DNA of 64,000 nucleotides from a virus (Duplodnaviria; Caudoviricetes): IMG/VR virus record IMGVR_UViG_2695420662_000003, positions 66,837 to 130,836 of that record; one strand, 5' to 3'. Shown piece by piece: positions 50,412 to 61,278 of this stretch (position 1 is its first letter; each line of letters starts with the position of its first letter). The notes under the pieces were generated by a model. It saw only the letters and a program-made list of their open reading frames with translations, ran no database searches and was not told where the DNA came from. The position numbers and the translations under genes were made by a program.

Positions 50412-53400
50412 GTGCAGATATTGATAGAAAGTGAAATATCTAAAGATAAACCGTATTTATTAAATGATGATTTTACAATAAATCCAACTACATATGAAAT
50501 AACCGATGAAGATTTGGTTGTTAGATATACTTCTACGAAAGAAGTTACTAGGGCTTTAGCTATGGTAAAAGAATGGAAATACGCTATGGACTACACTTCT
50601 AATACTATAACATTTGCTAACTCTGATTTTGAGGTGGGAAGCAATAATATATCAGTTATAGATGTTAATTACAGCGATGGTACATACGGGAGATTTACTG
50701 GAGGAGTTACAGTTATAAAAAATGAAACACCCCCTCCGGTAATTGATAATCCACCTATAATTGAAAATGTTGGTAATTTAAGTGGAAATATCAATAGCTC
50801 TATAACTATAACATACAACGCTTCAGATGATAATGGTATAGTTAAACATGAATTTTATGACGGTAATAGTTGGATAACAAAAAATCCTAGTAAAAGCGGG
50901 GATGATTATACATTTACACATGCATTTAAAAATACTGATCAAAAACAGTGTAGGGTTAGGGTTACAGATAATAATAATCAATCGACACCTTCTAATATTT
51001 TTACAATAAACGTAAATAATACACCGGCTGCTAATAATCCCCCAGTTATAAGCAACGTGGTTGTAACAGGTATAGACTTTAATGGAAATTATACTTTAAA
51101 CTGGACTTCGATGGATGGAGATAGAGATAGGCTTTCACATAGATTAAAAATTAATTCTAATAATTATATTACGATATCACCTGTTAAAGTTGGAAATACA
51201 TATAAATATAAAGGTAGTAATTTGGCACTAGGAAGTCATACTTGTTATATTGAGGTATCTGACGGAAATCAAAGTGTTGTGTCAAAAGCATTTAATATAA
51301 TAATTCCTCAAAAACCTGCTAGTTTAAAGGAAGAATTAAAACAAGCAAAAGATAATTATGATTTAAAACATGCGGACTTAGTAGGGATAATAACGGATAT
51401 AATATCGGATGGAAGATTTGACGGAGATACAGAGAAGGTGTTACTTGAGGCAGCAATCTTGAATTATAATGATGCGTACACCAAATATCATGAAGTTGCA
51501 AATAGATCTATGGATTCAATTAATGATAAAAAAGTTAGTGATGCAAAATCGGCTTTTAGCAAGGAAGTAGAGGATCTAAACAATGCACTAGGAAGTCTTG
51601 AAGGAACAATGAATGATGTATTTAAACAAGGTGTATTATCTGATGCAGAAAAAATATCAATAAAACAAGGATTAAAAAATATAGAAAACGAAAAATCAGA
51701 TGTAGATGCAAAATATATAAGTCTTTATGAAAACCCTGATTTAATCGGCGAAGCAAAGGTTAATTTAAAAAAAAGTTATGATGCGTACATATTGAAATAC
51801 AACAATTTAGTAACGACTGTAAATGATATAGTAAATAAAGATGGGATAATTGACAGCGTAGATAAAGATAAATGGAATAATGCATTGGGCGAATATAGAA
51901 TTGCTAGTGCCGATTTTAATAAAAAAGGCAACGATGCTATAAATTCAATATCTAAAAAACAATCTAAGGATGCAGAAGAAAACGCAAAGACATTTACAAA
52001 GGGTGAAATAAAGATTTTGAATGATAGTATAGCATCAAAAGTATCTCAAACTGTTTATGACAATAATAATAAAGTTATAGAAGGTAAATTTTCAGAAGTA
52101 AGGCAAGATGTAAATAAAGTGAACATAACTGTATCTGAAATAGAGAAAGATTATGTGGGGACATCGCAACTAGAACAAACGGTAGATGGTTGGGAATTTA
52201 AATTAAGTCAAACTGGAAGACCTCAATTAATAGAAAACGGAGCATTAACGGAGGGGATTAGATTCTGGTATGGATATCAATCTCAAACTATGATTGAATT
52301 AATTGGGAATTTAAAATACATAAGAATGTCACCTCGTTATGAAAGTGGAGTTCAAGCCTTCGGAATTAGAATGCCTCAAATGGGGGTAATCCAAGGTAAG
52401 ACTTATACAGTAGGATGTTGGGTTAGTGGTAATATTGATATGTTTAATTATAACTGGTTGATGCAAATTAAAAATGGATTGCCTAGTGGTATTCAACGAA
52501 TAGATAATGTAAGTTTTGGAAATGTGGTAAGTCAGGCAAGAAGAGTCTCTATAACTTTTACAGCACAAATTACTGGAATGGTTGAAATAATGTTAGGTTA
52601 TGAAGGCGTCATGAGTAGCGACTTGTATTTTAGAATAGCAGAGGCATGTTGTTATGAAGGTGAAGTTCTATATCCGTATAAAGAATCTGAGAATACTGTT
52701 TATGCCGGAAATGCATACGTAGATCGTACGGGTATGGGTATAAAACATAATAACGGATCTTTAAGTAGATTAACAAATGAAGAGTTTGAATTTACAAATA
52801 CAGCACAGCAAAAGAAAATGGCAATAAAGAAAGGTTCTTTATATGCATATGACGTTAATAATGGTGATTTATTGGGAATGTTCGCATCCAATAAGGTTAC
52901 ATCTAGATACAGAGGTGTTACGACTGGATTAACTGGTGCATCTCATTATTATGCAATTGGAGCAACAACAGAATTAACAGATGATGATCAGTTAAATATG
53001 GTTCCATATATACTAATTGCACAAGAAGATTTGCATGATTTTTTAGGTATATCTAGGGTGTCAGCAGGTGTTAATTTCTTAAATACTCAATGTATATTTC
53101 ATAAATCTCCATTATTTAAATCCTCGCCTAGATTTGAAGGTGGACTAACTATTTTAGATAATAGCGGACTACCTAAGAATATATATTATGCAAATAATTC
53201 ACTATATATAGAAAGTAATTTAACCCTTCCTACAGGAGGATCATTTCATGGTGGAGGTCTTTATGGATGGGATGTTACATCAATAGGGTACAAAATAGGT
53301 GGTGCCAATGTAGATGTTATAAAACTTTATGCTGGAATACAACAGATAGATTTTTTAAGACCTCTAAATATGAATAATTTTGCTATATATAATACCAACT

Positions 53401-53771
53401 TAGCGTTCGCCTCAAAATCTATGCCTATGGTATTAAATAATAAATCTTATGCAAAATACAATGAAGATAAAAAAACTGTGGAAATTGACCCATCAAAAGG
53501 TATTATTGATTTGGCTGAAGAGAATGAGGATTTAAAAAAGAAACAAGACGTACAAGAAAAAGAGATAGTAACTAGTATGCTGGCAAATGTGACTTTATAT
53601 GAAAGTATGCTTGAATTCACACCTCAAACACTTAACTTAAGAAATGCATCAGAGAATCCTATGGTAGATGTTTATGTATCTCTTATAAGGAAACAAGTTA
53701 AAACACTAGAAGATATTCCAGATATACTAAAAGAACAAGTGGAATTAAAATTAAACACAACTCCTGAGTAA
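50412..53771 (+). CDS. tail fibre protein with Ig-like domains, helical repeats, carbohydrate-binding-like domain and C-terminal CD1375-like module
   Basis: NPPII/NPPVI Ig-like repeats; same helical repeat as the upstream gene; C-terminal MVDVYVSLIRKQVKTLEDIP. Confidence 0.7.
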   Translation: MQILIESEISKDKPYLLNDDFTINPTTYEITDEDLVVRYTSTKEVTRALAMVKEWKYAMDYTSNTITFANSDFEVGSNNISVIDVNYSDGTYGRFTGGVTVIKNETPPPVIDNPPIIENVGNLSGNINSSITITYNASDDNGIVKHEFYDGNSWITKNPSKSGDDYTFTHAFKNTDQKQCRVRVTDNNNQSTPSNIFTINVNNTPAANNPPVISNVVVTGIDFNGNYTLNWTSMDGDRDRLSHRLKINSNNYITISPVKVGNTYKYKGSNLALGSHTCYIEVSDGNQSVVSKAFNIIIPQKPASLKEELKQAKDNYDLKHADLVGIITDIISDGRFDGDTEKVLLEAAILNYNDAYTKYHEVANRSMDSINDKKVSDAKSAFSKEVEDLNNALGSLEGTMNDVFKQGVLSDAEKISIKQGLKNIENEKSDVDAKYISLYENPDLIGEAKVNLKKSYDAYILKYNNLVTTVNDIVNKDGIIDSVDKDKWNNALGEYRIASADFNKKGNDAINSISKKQSKDAEENAKTFTKGEIKILNDSIASKVSQTVYDNNNKVIEGKFSEVRQDVNKVNITVSEIEKDYVGTSQLEQTVDGWEFKLSQTGRPQLIENGALTEGIRFWYGYQSQTMIELIGNLKYIRMSPRYESGVQAFGIRMPQMGVIQGKTYTVGCWVSGNIDMFNYNWLMQIKNGLPSGIQRIDNVSFGNVVSQARRVSITFTAQITGMVEIMLGYEGVMSSDLYFRIAEACCYEGEVLYPYKESENTVYAGNAYVDRTGMGIKHNNGSLSRLTNEEFEFTNTAQQKKMAIKKGSLYAYDVNNGDLLGMFASNKVTSRYRGVTTGLTGASHYYAIGATTELTDDDQLNMVPYILIAQEDLHDFLGISRVSAGVNFLNTQCIFHKSPLFKSSPRFEGGLTILDNSGLPKNIYYANNSLYIESNLTLPTGGSFHGGGLYGWDVTSIGYKIGGANVDVIKLYAGIQQIDFLRPLNMNNFAIYNTNLAFASKSMPMVLNNKSYAKYNEDKKTVEIDPSKGIIDLAEENEDLKKKQDVQEKEIVTSMLANVTLYESMLEFTPQTLNLRNASENPMVDVYVSLIRKQVKTLEDIPDILKEQVELKLNTTPE

Positions 53772-53805
53772 GAGAAAAAACTGCTCATATAAATAAAATA
53801 AGGCG

Positions 53806-56406
53806 GTGATTTACCTGGGAGTTTTAGATAAGGATTATAAAATAACAGTAGATATTAAAAGTGGGAATATAAATGGGGATTCAATAGTCTTTGCCTCAAA
53901 AGATCAAAATATATCTAATATCAATGTTTATTTTGTTAAAGGTGGTAATTCGGTAGATATAACAGGGTTTACATTTATAGCAAATATAAGAAAACCTGAT
54001 ACATTAATAACACCTTATGAATTGACAGTGGTTAATGCAGAAGAGGGATTAGGGTTAATGGATTTGCCTCTGTCATTGACATTTGATATCGGAACATACA
54101 ACTTTGAGATAGAAATGAAAAAAAATAATGAAATATCACATACAAATTCTTATTCATACATAGTCAGAGATACATTGTGTGGCGATTTAGACGATACGAT
54201 AATAGAAGATGAAGAGTATAATCTTCTTTTAAAATTAACGGATGATGTAAATGAACTTGAACAGGATATTAAATCTAGTGAAAAACAAAGGGTTATTGAC
54301 GAAAATCAAAGAAAAACTTCAGAAAAAGTGCGCATTGCAAACGAAGAGGAAAGACAAAGAAATACGATAGAGCGATTAAAAAGAGTGGATGCCGCTATAG
54401 CGGCAGGTACGAATGATTTAGAGGTAAAGGAAGCCAGAGAAGACTTAAAAGGGAAAACTCACGAATCTTTAAAGCTAAGGATAGAAAGTGACTTTGAGGG
54501 ACTTAAAGAAAATCAAGATATGGCTTATAGCACTGATAAAGGTTATCTAGTTTGTAAAGAAACTAAAAACGGCACTGTAAAAGATTTAAAGATAATTGGT
54601 AAGAGTCTAGTCAATCTGTGGGATATTAACAGTGTAGACGATACCCCTATTAATGTAAGTATTGATAGTGGATATGTAAAAACTATTGCCAATGGAACAT
54701 TTATAACCCCTAGTGCCAAACGTGTAAATATGATAAAACCTTCAACGGATTATACAGTAATATTTGAAATTTCTAAAAATACATGCAATGGAAATGTCTC
54801 GTTAAATATTGATTATAATAATGAATCATGTTTTGATGAAAGTAAAATTATAGGAAGTAATACAGTAGGAATGTTCGTGTATAGAATGAGAAGTAAAAGG
54901 GACTTAAGCAATTGTAAGTTTTCAGTAAGAACGCAAGTTCAATCTGGTTGTACTAGTGGTGAATTTATTTATAGGTGCGTTGTGTTAGAAGGGGACTACA
55001 CTCAAAATCCACCTTCTTACTTTGAAGGAATCGCAAGCGTTGGTAATGGAACTGATGAGATAGAAGTTTCGTCTATGAATAGTAAAATAAATAGTGATAA
55101 TTTTGTTAATGAATATTATATATCGTCTACTAATGCTTGGGAAACAGGGTCTACCGCTAATTTAGGACATAAGATATTAGAACGTGTTGGAGGAAATTTA
55201 AGAATTAAGATTATTTCTGAAAATATAAGAGGTATCAGAGTTCATTGGTTTGACAAGGATAAGAGATTTATAAATTCGACTGTTAAAGATGGAAATGTTA
55301 ATAATATAGAAATTGTATCACCTCAAAATGCTAAGTATGTGTCATATCACTGCCCATGTGATAATTATGAAATTGCTAAATGTAATATGTATATAAATTC
55401 TATTGTGCAAAACAAGTTGGAAGATAAGAAAACAATTTTATTTAAAGATACAGACGGAACTTGGAAGCCTATAAAAGAACTTAGAGGACTTGACACAGTT
55501 TGCGATACTATAGAATTTCATAGTGATGGTAAGTATTATTATCACCAAAGGATGGCAACTAGAACGTTTAAAGGCTCGCCAGATGAAGGATGGCAAAGAT
55601 ATGCAAGTCTTGATACAAGTAACACTCAAAGGTATGGTATATCTGTTACTGACGGTCTCCTAAGTAGTCCTGGTATGTGTGATAAGATGGAGTATGTAAT
55701 AAACGGGGGGCAGGATAATGCTACATGCATATATATTCATAATAGTGATGGTAGAATTGATGTGCGTAAGCAAAAAACTGATGACCGATGGAGTGATTTA
55801 CAAACATTCAAGACATGGTTACAAAGTAACAACGTAACTGTAATATATCAATTAGCAGAAGAAAAAGTATTTGAAGTTAATCCTTTATTCTTGGAAGCTT
55901 TTGAGGGTGAAACTATGGTGTCAATCAATAGTGGAGTAATAAATGCACCTATGGAGTTTAAATCAACTTCTTCATTACCTAATTTAGTCAAATTAAATGA
56001 AAATAGAATATCTAAATTAGAAAATGATTTTTATCAATATACAGTAGTTCAAAATAGATTAACCCTTACGAGTAGATACAATGCAGATAGAGTTGATTTT
56101 AAAGTAGATAACACTATAGGAAATCCTTTAAGAAGTGCAAAGGTATTAGACCATGATTTATTTAATTTAATGAAGGCTAATATAGAAGTAGGGAAGGAAA
56201 ACTATAACAGAGTAGAAATGGAAGAAAGAATAGACTTCTATGTTAATGAAGGAATTATAGATTGGGATATGTGGGATGAATTATTTGAGACGATGGAACT
56301 TCAACACAACCCTCCAGTAGATTTAACGCCAATTGAACCAATAACAGTGGAAGTAAATGAAGAAGAAACCCCTAAGAAAACAAGAAGAGGTAGAAAGAAA
56401 AAGTAG
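53806..56406 (+). CDS. BppU-like baseplate upper/receptor-binding protein
   Basis: N-terminal F..KD.NIS.I...IRKPD domain; EVKEAR..L..RI; GKSLVNLW; YQLAEEK. Confidence 0.7.
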   Translation: MIYLGVLDKDYKITVDIKSGNINGDSIVFASKDQNISNINVYFVKGGNSVDITGFTFIANIRKPDTLITPYELTVVNAEEGLGLMDLPLSLTFDIGTYNFEIEMKKNNEISHTNSYSYIVRDTLCGDLDDTIIEDEEYNLLLKLTDDVNELEQDIKSSEKQRVIDENQRKTSEKVRIANEEERQRNTIERLKRVDAAIAAGTNDLEVKEAREDLKGKTHESLKLRIESDFEGLKENQDMAYSTDKGYLVCKETKNGTVKDLKIIGKSLVNLWDINSVDDTPINVSIDSGYVKTIANGTFITPSAKRVNMIKPSTDYTVIFEISKNTCNGNVSLNIDYNNESCFDESKIIGSNTVGMFVYRMRSKRDLSNCKFSVRTQVQSGCTSGEFIYRCVVLEGDYTQNPPSYFEGIASVGNGTDEIEVSSMNSKINSDNFVNEYYISSTNAWETGSTANLGHKILERVGGNLRIKIISENIRGIRVHWFDKDKRFINSTVKDGNVNNIEIVSPQNAKYVSYHCPCDNYEIAKCNMYINSIVQNKLEDKKTILFKDTDGTWKPIKELRGLDTVCDTIEFHSDGKYYYHQRMATRTFKGSPDEGWQRYASLDTSNTQRYGISVTDGLLSSPGMCDKMEYVINGGQDNATCIYIHNSDGRIDVRKQKTDDRWSDLQTFKTWLQSNNVTVIYQLAEEKVFEVNPLFLEAFEGETMVSINSGVINAPMEFKSTSSLPNLVKLNENRISKLENDFYQYTVVQNRLTLTSRYNADRVDFKVDNTIGNPLRSAKVLDHDLFNLMKANIEVGKENYNRVEMEERIDFYVNEGIIDWDMWDELFETMELQHNPPVDLTPIEPITVEVNEEETPKKTRRGRKKK

Positions 56407-56518
56407 TAGAGGAAATATAATCTCGTACATATGAAACCATCACAGAGGGTTAGTACTCTGTTAAATATAAATAATAGGTGGTAGGCGGTCGTGCCTACCG
56501 TATAAGGAGATTTTAATT

Positions 56519-56758
56519 ATGGAAAGAATGAACAATGTAAGAACAGTATTTACGTGTACTAGTGCAACAGCAAAAGATTTAGAGTTAATAATAAACAACA
56601 CTCTAGATGATTATGGCGTAGATAGAATGATAGCGAATATAGAAGGGTTTAGAAAAAGAAAGAGAATAAGTGATTCTGAGGCCACATATTTATTAAATTT
56701 AGTTGATAAAAAGATGGCTGAAAGTGTTGAAAATGCAATAGAAAGAATAAAAGAATAA
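56519..56758 (+). CDS. hypothetical protein
   Basis: AAGGAG SD, 79 aa. Confidence 0.75.
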   Translation: MERMNNVRTVFTCTSATAKDLELIINNTLDDYGVDRMIANIEGFRKRKRISDSEATYLLNLVDKKMAESVENAIERIKE

Positions 56759-56823
56759 TACATATGAACTCCTGGGTATGAGTTGAAAACTGCCCGTAAA
56801 TATTGATATCGGAGGATGTAATT

Positions 56824-58107
56824 ATGTTCGACAAAAATAACTTGCAAGTTTTATCAGATGTAAATCCTCAAGACCTAGAAAATGCCATAAATAAAATAAA
56901 ACCTGATAATGGATTAAAAGGATTAAGTAAATATTTTTCTACATATGAAGATGTATATAATGTTAATGCAATAATTATGACCGCAATAGCATGTTTAGAA
57001 AGTACATATGGAACATCTAAATTAGCAAAAGAAAAATGCAATCTATTTGGTCTTGATGCTAAGGATAGTTTAGTAGGTACAGATAAATATGGAAGCGGTT
57101 ATAAAACTAAGGCAGATTCAATTAAACATGCTTTTCATAGAATAGGAAAACAATATATAGAATTAGATCCGAGTTGTAAATGGAGATATGTAGGATCAAA
57201 GGATATTTATAATGTTGGCAAAAAGTGGTGTAGTAAATCCGATTGGGCAGATAAAGTGGTTAGTGTGGCGACAAGAATTACAGATAATATAAATAAAAAA
57301 GGAGTTGTTGATATGAAGAAGGTCTATATAGATGCTGGACATGGTGGAAATGATAGTGGTGCAGTGGGTATAAATAATGCATTTGAAAAAAATATAACAT
57401 TGAGTGTAGCAAAAAAAGTAGAAGTATTATTAAAAAAGCAAAATATAGAAGTTAGAATGTCAAGAAGTTCAGATATAACTAGAAGTTTAAGTTTTAGAAG
57501 TCAAGATGCGAATGCTTGGAAGGCGAATTGTTTCATCTCTATACACTGTAATAGTGCAGCAAGTATGGCAAGTGGGTTAGAAACATTTTGTTATAAATTT
57601 AAATATAGACAATTGGCCGACAACATACATAATCAATTATTAGCAGACAAGTTATATACTAAAAACAGAGGTGTAAAAGAAGGGAATCATCATGTTACTA
57701 GAGAGACAAATATGTCTGCATGTTTAATTGAACTAGGTTTCATTAATCATCCTGATGATTTAAAACTTATGCTTAATAAACAAGATGAATTTGCAATATC
57801 TATCGCAAAGGGTATTTGTAAACATTTAGGCGTTAAATATGTAGATAATAAGCCGCAAGTTACAGAAGGTGTGAATACGGTATATTATATCAGAACAGGT
57901 GGATTCGGTTCAAAAGAGGTAGCAAAACAAAAATTAGATTATTTAAAAGGTTTAACAAATTGGCATCTAGAATTAGAAGAATTTAAACCTGGAACTGGAG
58001 ATTATTGTATTAAAACAGGCGGATTTACAGGAAGAGAAAAAGTAGAAAGAAAAATGAATGCATTAAAAGAATTAACTGGATGGTGGATGGAATATAAGGC
58101 AAACTAA
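56824..58107 (+). CDS. endolysin: glucosaminidase + N-acetylmuramoyl-L-alanine amidase (Amidase_3) + two SPOR-like repeats
   Basis: AIACLES..NLFG; IDAGHGGNDSGA..EK..ISIHCN..LIELGFI; repeated I.TGGF...LTxW. Confidence 0.9.
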   Translation: MFDKNNLQVLSDVNPQDLENAINKIKPDNGLKGLSKYFSTYEDVYNVNAIIMTAIACLESTYGTSKLAKEKCNLFGLDAKDSLVGTDKYGSGYKTKADSIKHAFHRIGKQYIELDPSCKWRYVGSKDIYNVGKKWCSKSDWADKVVSVATRITDNINKKGVVDMKKVYIDAGHGGNDSGAVGINNAFEKNITLSVAKKVEVLLKKQNIEVRMSRSSDITRSLSFRSQDANAWKANCFISIHCNSAASMASGLETFCYKFKYRQLADNIHNQLLADKLYTKNRGVKEGNHHVTRETNMSACLIELGFINHPDDLKLMLNKQDEFAISIAKGICKHLGVKYVDNKPQVTEGVNTVYYIRTGGFGSKEVAKQKLDYLKGLTNWHLELEEFKPGTGDYCIKTGGFTGREKVERKMNALKELTGWWMEYKAN

Positions 58108-58164
58108 ATCTTTTAATAGGACTAAAGGAGGAAACTTTAATCCTAGGAGGCAAATTTTAAAAAG

Positions 58165-58443
58165 ATGAATGAGCAAGATAAATTAATGATGAAGGTAATG
58201 GAAGAACTTAGTTATATAAAAGGAATCCTAACATCTGATTTAAATACTGTGAAAGAAGATGTAAAAATTATGAAGAATAGTATGAATGACGTTTATCAGT
58301 TAAAGCACGAAGTCAATAATTTAAAAGCGGAAGTTCAACAAATGAAGGATCAACGTTTATGGATGGTAAGAATAGCAAGTGGAGCAGTAATAACAATGGC
58401 TATAACAGCATTTGTATGGTTACTTACAGGTCAAAAATTTTAA
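58165..58443 (+). CDS. XhlA-like/holin-associated membrane protein
   Basis: Coiled coil plus C-terminal TM (WMVRIASGAVITMAI). Confidence 0.65.
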   Translation: MNEQDKLMMKVMEELSYIKGILTSDLNTVKEDVKIMKNSMNDVYQLKHEVNNLKAEVQQMKDQRLWMVRIASGAVITMAITAFVWLLTGQKF

Positions 58444-58469
58444 TAAAAATATAATTGGAGGTATTATTT

Positions 58470-58745
58470 ATGAATAAAGAGAAAATAAAAAGCTTATTAG
58501 TTCAAGTAGTAGAATGTTTAAATGAAGATAATAATTTAGAAGAAACTGTACATATGGAAGAATACTATAAAGAAAGTGAATATGAAGAAGTATGTGAATG
58601 TTCGGCAGAAGAGGAAAATGTAATACTAAAATCAAAAATAGAACAATTAGAAGTAGAAAATAATGAATTAAAAAATAAAGAAAAGGAGTATCAGTTTCGC
58701 ATCGAAAAGTTGCAACAAAAACTTTTACGACTTATTGAAGAGTAG
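58470..58745 (+). CDS. acidic coiled-coil hypothetical protein
   Basis: GGAGG SD before MNKEK. Confidence 0.7.
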   Translation: MNKEKIKSLLVQVVECLNEDNNLEETVHMEEYYKESEYEEVCECSAEEENVILKSKIEQLEVENNELKNKEKEYQFRIEKLQQKLLRLIEE

Positions 58746-58755
58746 GTGGAGTGAT

Positions 58756-58986
58756 ATGAATATGAATTCAAAATTAAAAAATCCCTATTTTTGGTTAGGA
58801 GTTATATCAATAATATTTGCTACCGCTAATATAAGAATAGAAGATTTAACATCATGGGGTTTATTATTTGATGCAATAAAAAGCATAGGTAGTAATCCGG
58901 CAGTATTGTTCTATATAACTGGAGCATTAATAGGTGTATGGAATGATAACTCAAAACCTGGGATTGATGGATTTAAAAATAAATAA
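58756..58986 (+). CDS. holin
   Basis: KLKNPYFWLGV..TSWG..NP..GALIGVWNDNSKPGID, two TM segments. Confidence 0.8.
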   Translation: MNMNSKLKNPYFWLGVISIIFATANIRIEDLTSWGLLFDAIKSIGSNPAVLFYITGALIGVWNDNSKPGIDGFKNK

Positions 58987-58999
58987 ATTGGAGGTTTTT

Positions 59000-59278
59000 A
59001 TGAAGAAGAGAATACCTGTTGGCGGGAAATTAACTGAAGTTGCTGGTGATACAGAATTAATAACAAATGAGAACTGTGGTGTATCAGATTGGAACTCATT
59101 GAATTTGGTTGGTTTTTATATAAGAAATGAAGATACAAAAGATATATATGTAAAAATTAATGGAAGTGGAGAATTATTATTAAAACAAGGAGAAATGTTT
59201 AATTTAAGAGATATGACATATGTTGAAAGTTGCATAGTTGTAACTCCTAGTACAGTAAGATGGGGCGGATTATTATAA
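59000..59278 (+). CDS. small beta-rich virion accessory protein
   Basis: GGAGG SD; paralog of 61828-62109. Confidence 0.75.
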   Translation: MKKRIPVGGKLTEVAGDTELITNENCGVSDWNSLNLVGFYIRNEDTKDIYVKINGSGELLLKQGEMFNLRDMTYVESCIVVTPSTVRWGGLL

Positions 59279-59297
59279 GAAGGGGGGCAGTTAATAT

Positions 59298-60329
59298 ATG
59301 CTAGAAATACCTAATAACAGTGGTGAAAACATTCAATGTGATGTAAATAAGAACTATGTAGATAATGAACTTAAAAAGAAAGTTAACATTATTGAAGGAA
59401 AAGACTTATCTACAAATGATTACACTAATGAAGATAAAGAAAAGTTAATGTCTTTAAGTAATTATACTCATCCGAAAACACATAATGCAAGTATTATAAA
59501 TCAAGATGTAACACATAGATTTGTAACAGATGAAGAAAAGGCTATATGGAATGCGAAAAGTGATGGGGATCATAATCATAACGAATTGTATTATAATAAA
59601 GATGAGGTTAACGACAAAATAGCAGAGGCTCAGCTTGGTGGAGGCGAGAAGGTTGATTTATCTTGGGGAGTGATAACTGATAAGCCCAGTACGTTCCCGC
59701 CAGCAATACACACTCATGCCGAATATGCAAACAAGGAGCATACACATACTGGCTATGCAACTAATAATCATAATCATGACTCTAATTATGCTGACAAGGT
59801 TCACACGCATGACAATTATGCACTAAGTAGCCACAGTCATGACGAAACTTATTCAAGTAAATTACATAACCATGATGATAAGTATGTAAGTAAGGATGCA
59901 AAAGGTACTATATCTGATTTTAACACAGCCACAACTCCTGGAAGATATATAGTTGCGGGTGATTACGGTATACCTAATGCACCTACAAGTGGCGGTATTT
60001 GGGGTACACTATTTGTAACTGAAAGAAATAGTGAAGCGTTGCAGATATTTATAAATGCGGAAGGTAGTTCTTGTGCTATGCGACATTATAGTAATAGTCT
60101 AGGACGTTGGTATCCCTGGGTTACACTTGCCAAGGAAAATCATAACCATAATACTGAGTATGCAAGTATAAATCACGCGCATGATTCTATATATGCTAAG
60201 AAAACTGAATTAAACAATGTTAATGCATCACAAATAAATGGTAGGTCAGTTTGGACTGGAACTCAATTACAATATGATAGTATAGGTTTGAAGGACGATA
60301 ACACTTTATACTTCATAGTGGAGGGATAA
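59298..60329 (+). CDS. fibre protein with HxH repeats
   Basis: GKDLSTNDYT motif, YTHPKTH, 10-11 aa periodic HxH repeats, C-terminal WTGTQ.QYD..DDNTLYFI. Confidence 0.75.
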   Translation: MLEIPNNSGENIQCDVNKNYVDNELKKKVNIIEGKDLSTNDYTNEDKEKLMSLSNYTHPKTHNASIINQDVTHRFVTDEEKAIWNAKSDGDHNHNELYYNKDEVNDKIAEAQLGGGEKVDLSWGVITDKPSTFPPAIHTHAEYANKEHTHTGYATNNHNHDSNYADKVHTHDNYALSSHSHDETYSSKLHNHDDKYVSKDAKGTISDFNTATTPGRYIVAGDYGIPNAPTSGGIWGTLFVTERNSEALQIFINAEGSSCAMRHYSNSLGRWYPWVTLAKENHNHNTEYASINHAHDSIYAKKTELNNVNASQINGRSVWTGTQLQYDSIGLKDDNTLYFIVEG

Positions 60330-60331
60330 TT

Positions 60332-61264
60332 ATGTTTAATAAGGTTTATTTGGGAAATAAGTTTGTATCTAAGATTTATTTAGGAGGTTTCCCGATAAAA
60401 TATAATCAAGATGATTCCACAGCTATAAAAGAAGCCTTCGTTTTTGCAGGTGGATTAGATGGACTATTTAAGCGTTTCTCTGTTGAATTGGTTGAGCAAA
60501 AATCAATTGGAAGTTTTGATGGAGATTTAACATCTTCGACCGCCGATGATAGATTTGTATATGTAGGAACTTATACAGGGATGCTTTACAAGATAGATAT
60601 AATCACGTTTGAAATTATTTCATCTTTTAAACCACGCAGTGGAGAACTTCGAGAGATGGTTGTATCAAACAAAGGTGACATGTACACTATACTTCCAGGT
60701 GAATACGTTATAAAAATAGATAAAGATACAATGTCTAGTATAAAAAGGTATAGTGGTGGGGGAGAGGCTATATGCTGTGATGATAAAGGATCTGTATATG
60801 TCGCTAAGTCAAGATTTTTAGATAAAATGGATGTTGATTTACAGTTAATCAAGCAGATGTCTACCAAAGGAAGTTCTAAGAGAAAGTCGTTAGCTGTTGA
60901 TAATAAAGGATATGGCTATTTATATGATGGATTAAAGGGATTAGTTAAGTTTAACACCTCTACTATGACAGAAGTTGCAAGACTTGAGTTAGAAAACTAT
61001 GATGTCCCTATATTGTATTTAGATGGATTTGTTTATGCGTGTGATGGAAATAAACTGTTAAAGGTTAATGAGAATACAATGACTGTTGCAAGTGCAACTT
61101 CAACAACTTACGGAGTTATTACAAGTATAACAAAAGATAAGAAAGGCATGCTATACTTAGGTACAGCCGATGGAAGTATATTGAAATACAATCCTAACGC
61201 CATGACAGAGGTAAGTGTAACGAAACCTTACTCAAGCAAAGTACAAACTATTTGTTCAATATAA
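60332..61264 (+). CDS. beta-propeller protein (putative receptor binding)
   Basis: Repeated D..G.VY.G...G.L.K.D blades. Confidence 0.7.
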   Translation: MFNKVYLGNKFVSKIYLGGFPIKYNQDDSTAIKEAFVFAGGLDGLFKRFSVELVEQKSIGSFDGDLTSSTADDRFVYVGTYTGMLYKIDIITFEIISSFKPRSGELREMVVSNKGDMYTILPGEYVIKIDKDTMSSIKRYSGGGEAICCDDKGSVYVAKSRFLDKMDVDLQLIKQMSTKGSSKRKSLAVDNKGYGYLYDGLKGLVKFNTSTMTEVARLELENYDVPILYLDGFVYACDGNKLLKVNENTMTVASATSTTYGVITSITKDKKGMLYLGTADGSILKYNPNAMTEVSVTKPYSSKVQTICSI

Positions 61265-61278
61265 AAGGGGGTAATTTA

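Noticed and set aside
476..60867. Many short antisense or overlapping ORFs in the track (e.g. 476-676, 3687-3878, 3969-4247, 8379-8708, 9954-10289, 35692-36174, 45466-45819, 60586-60867)
   Set aside because: They lie opposite well-supported genes, lack SD sequences and have the F/L/S/I-rich composition of antisense shadows
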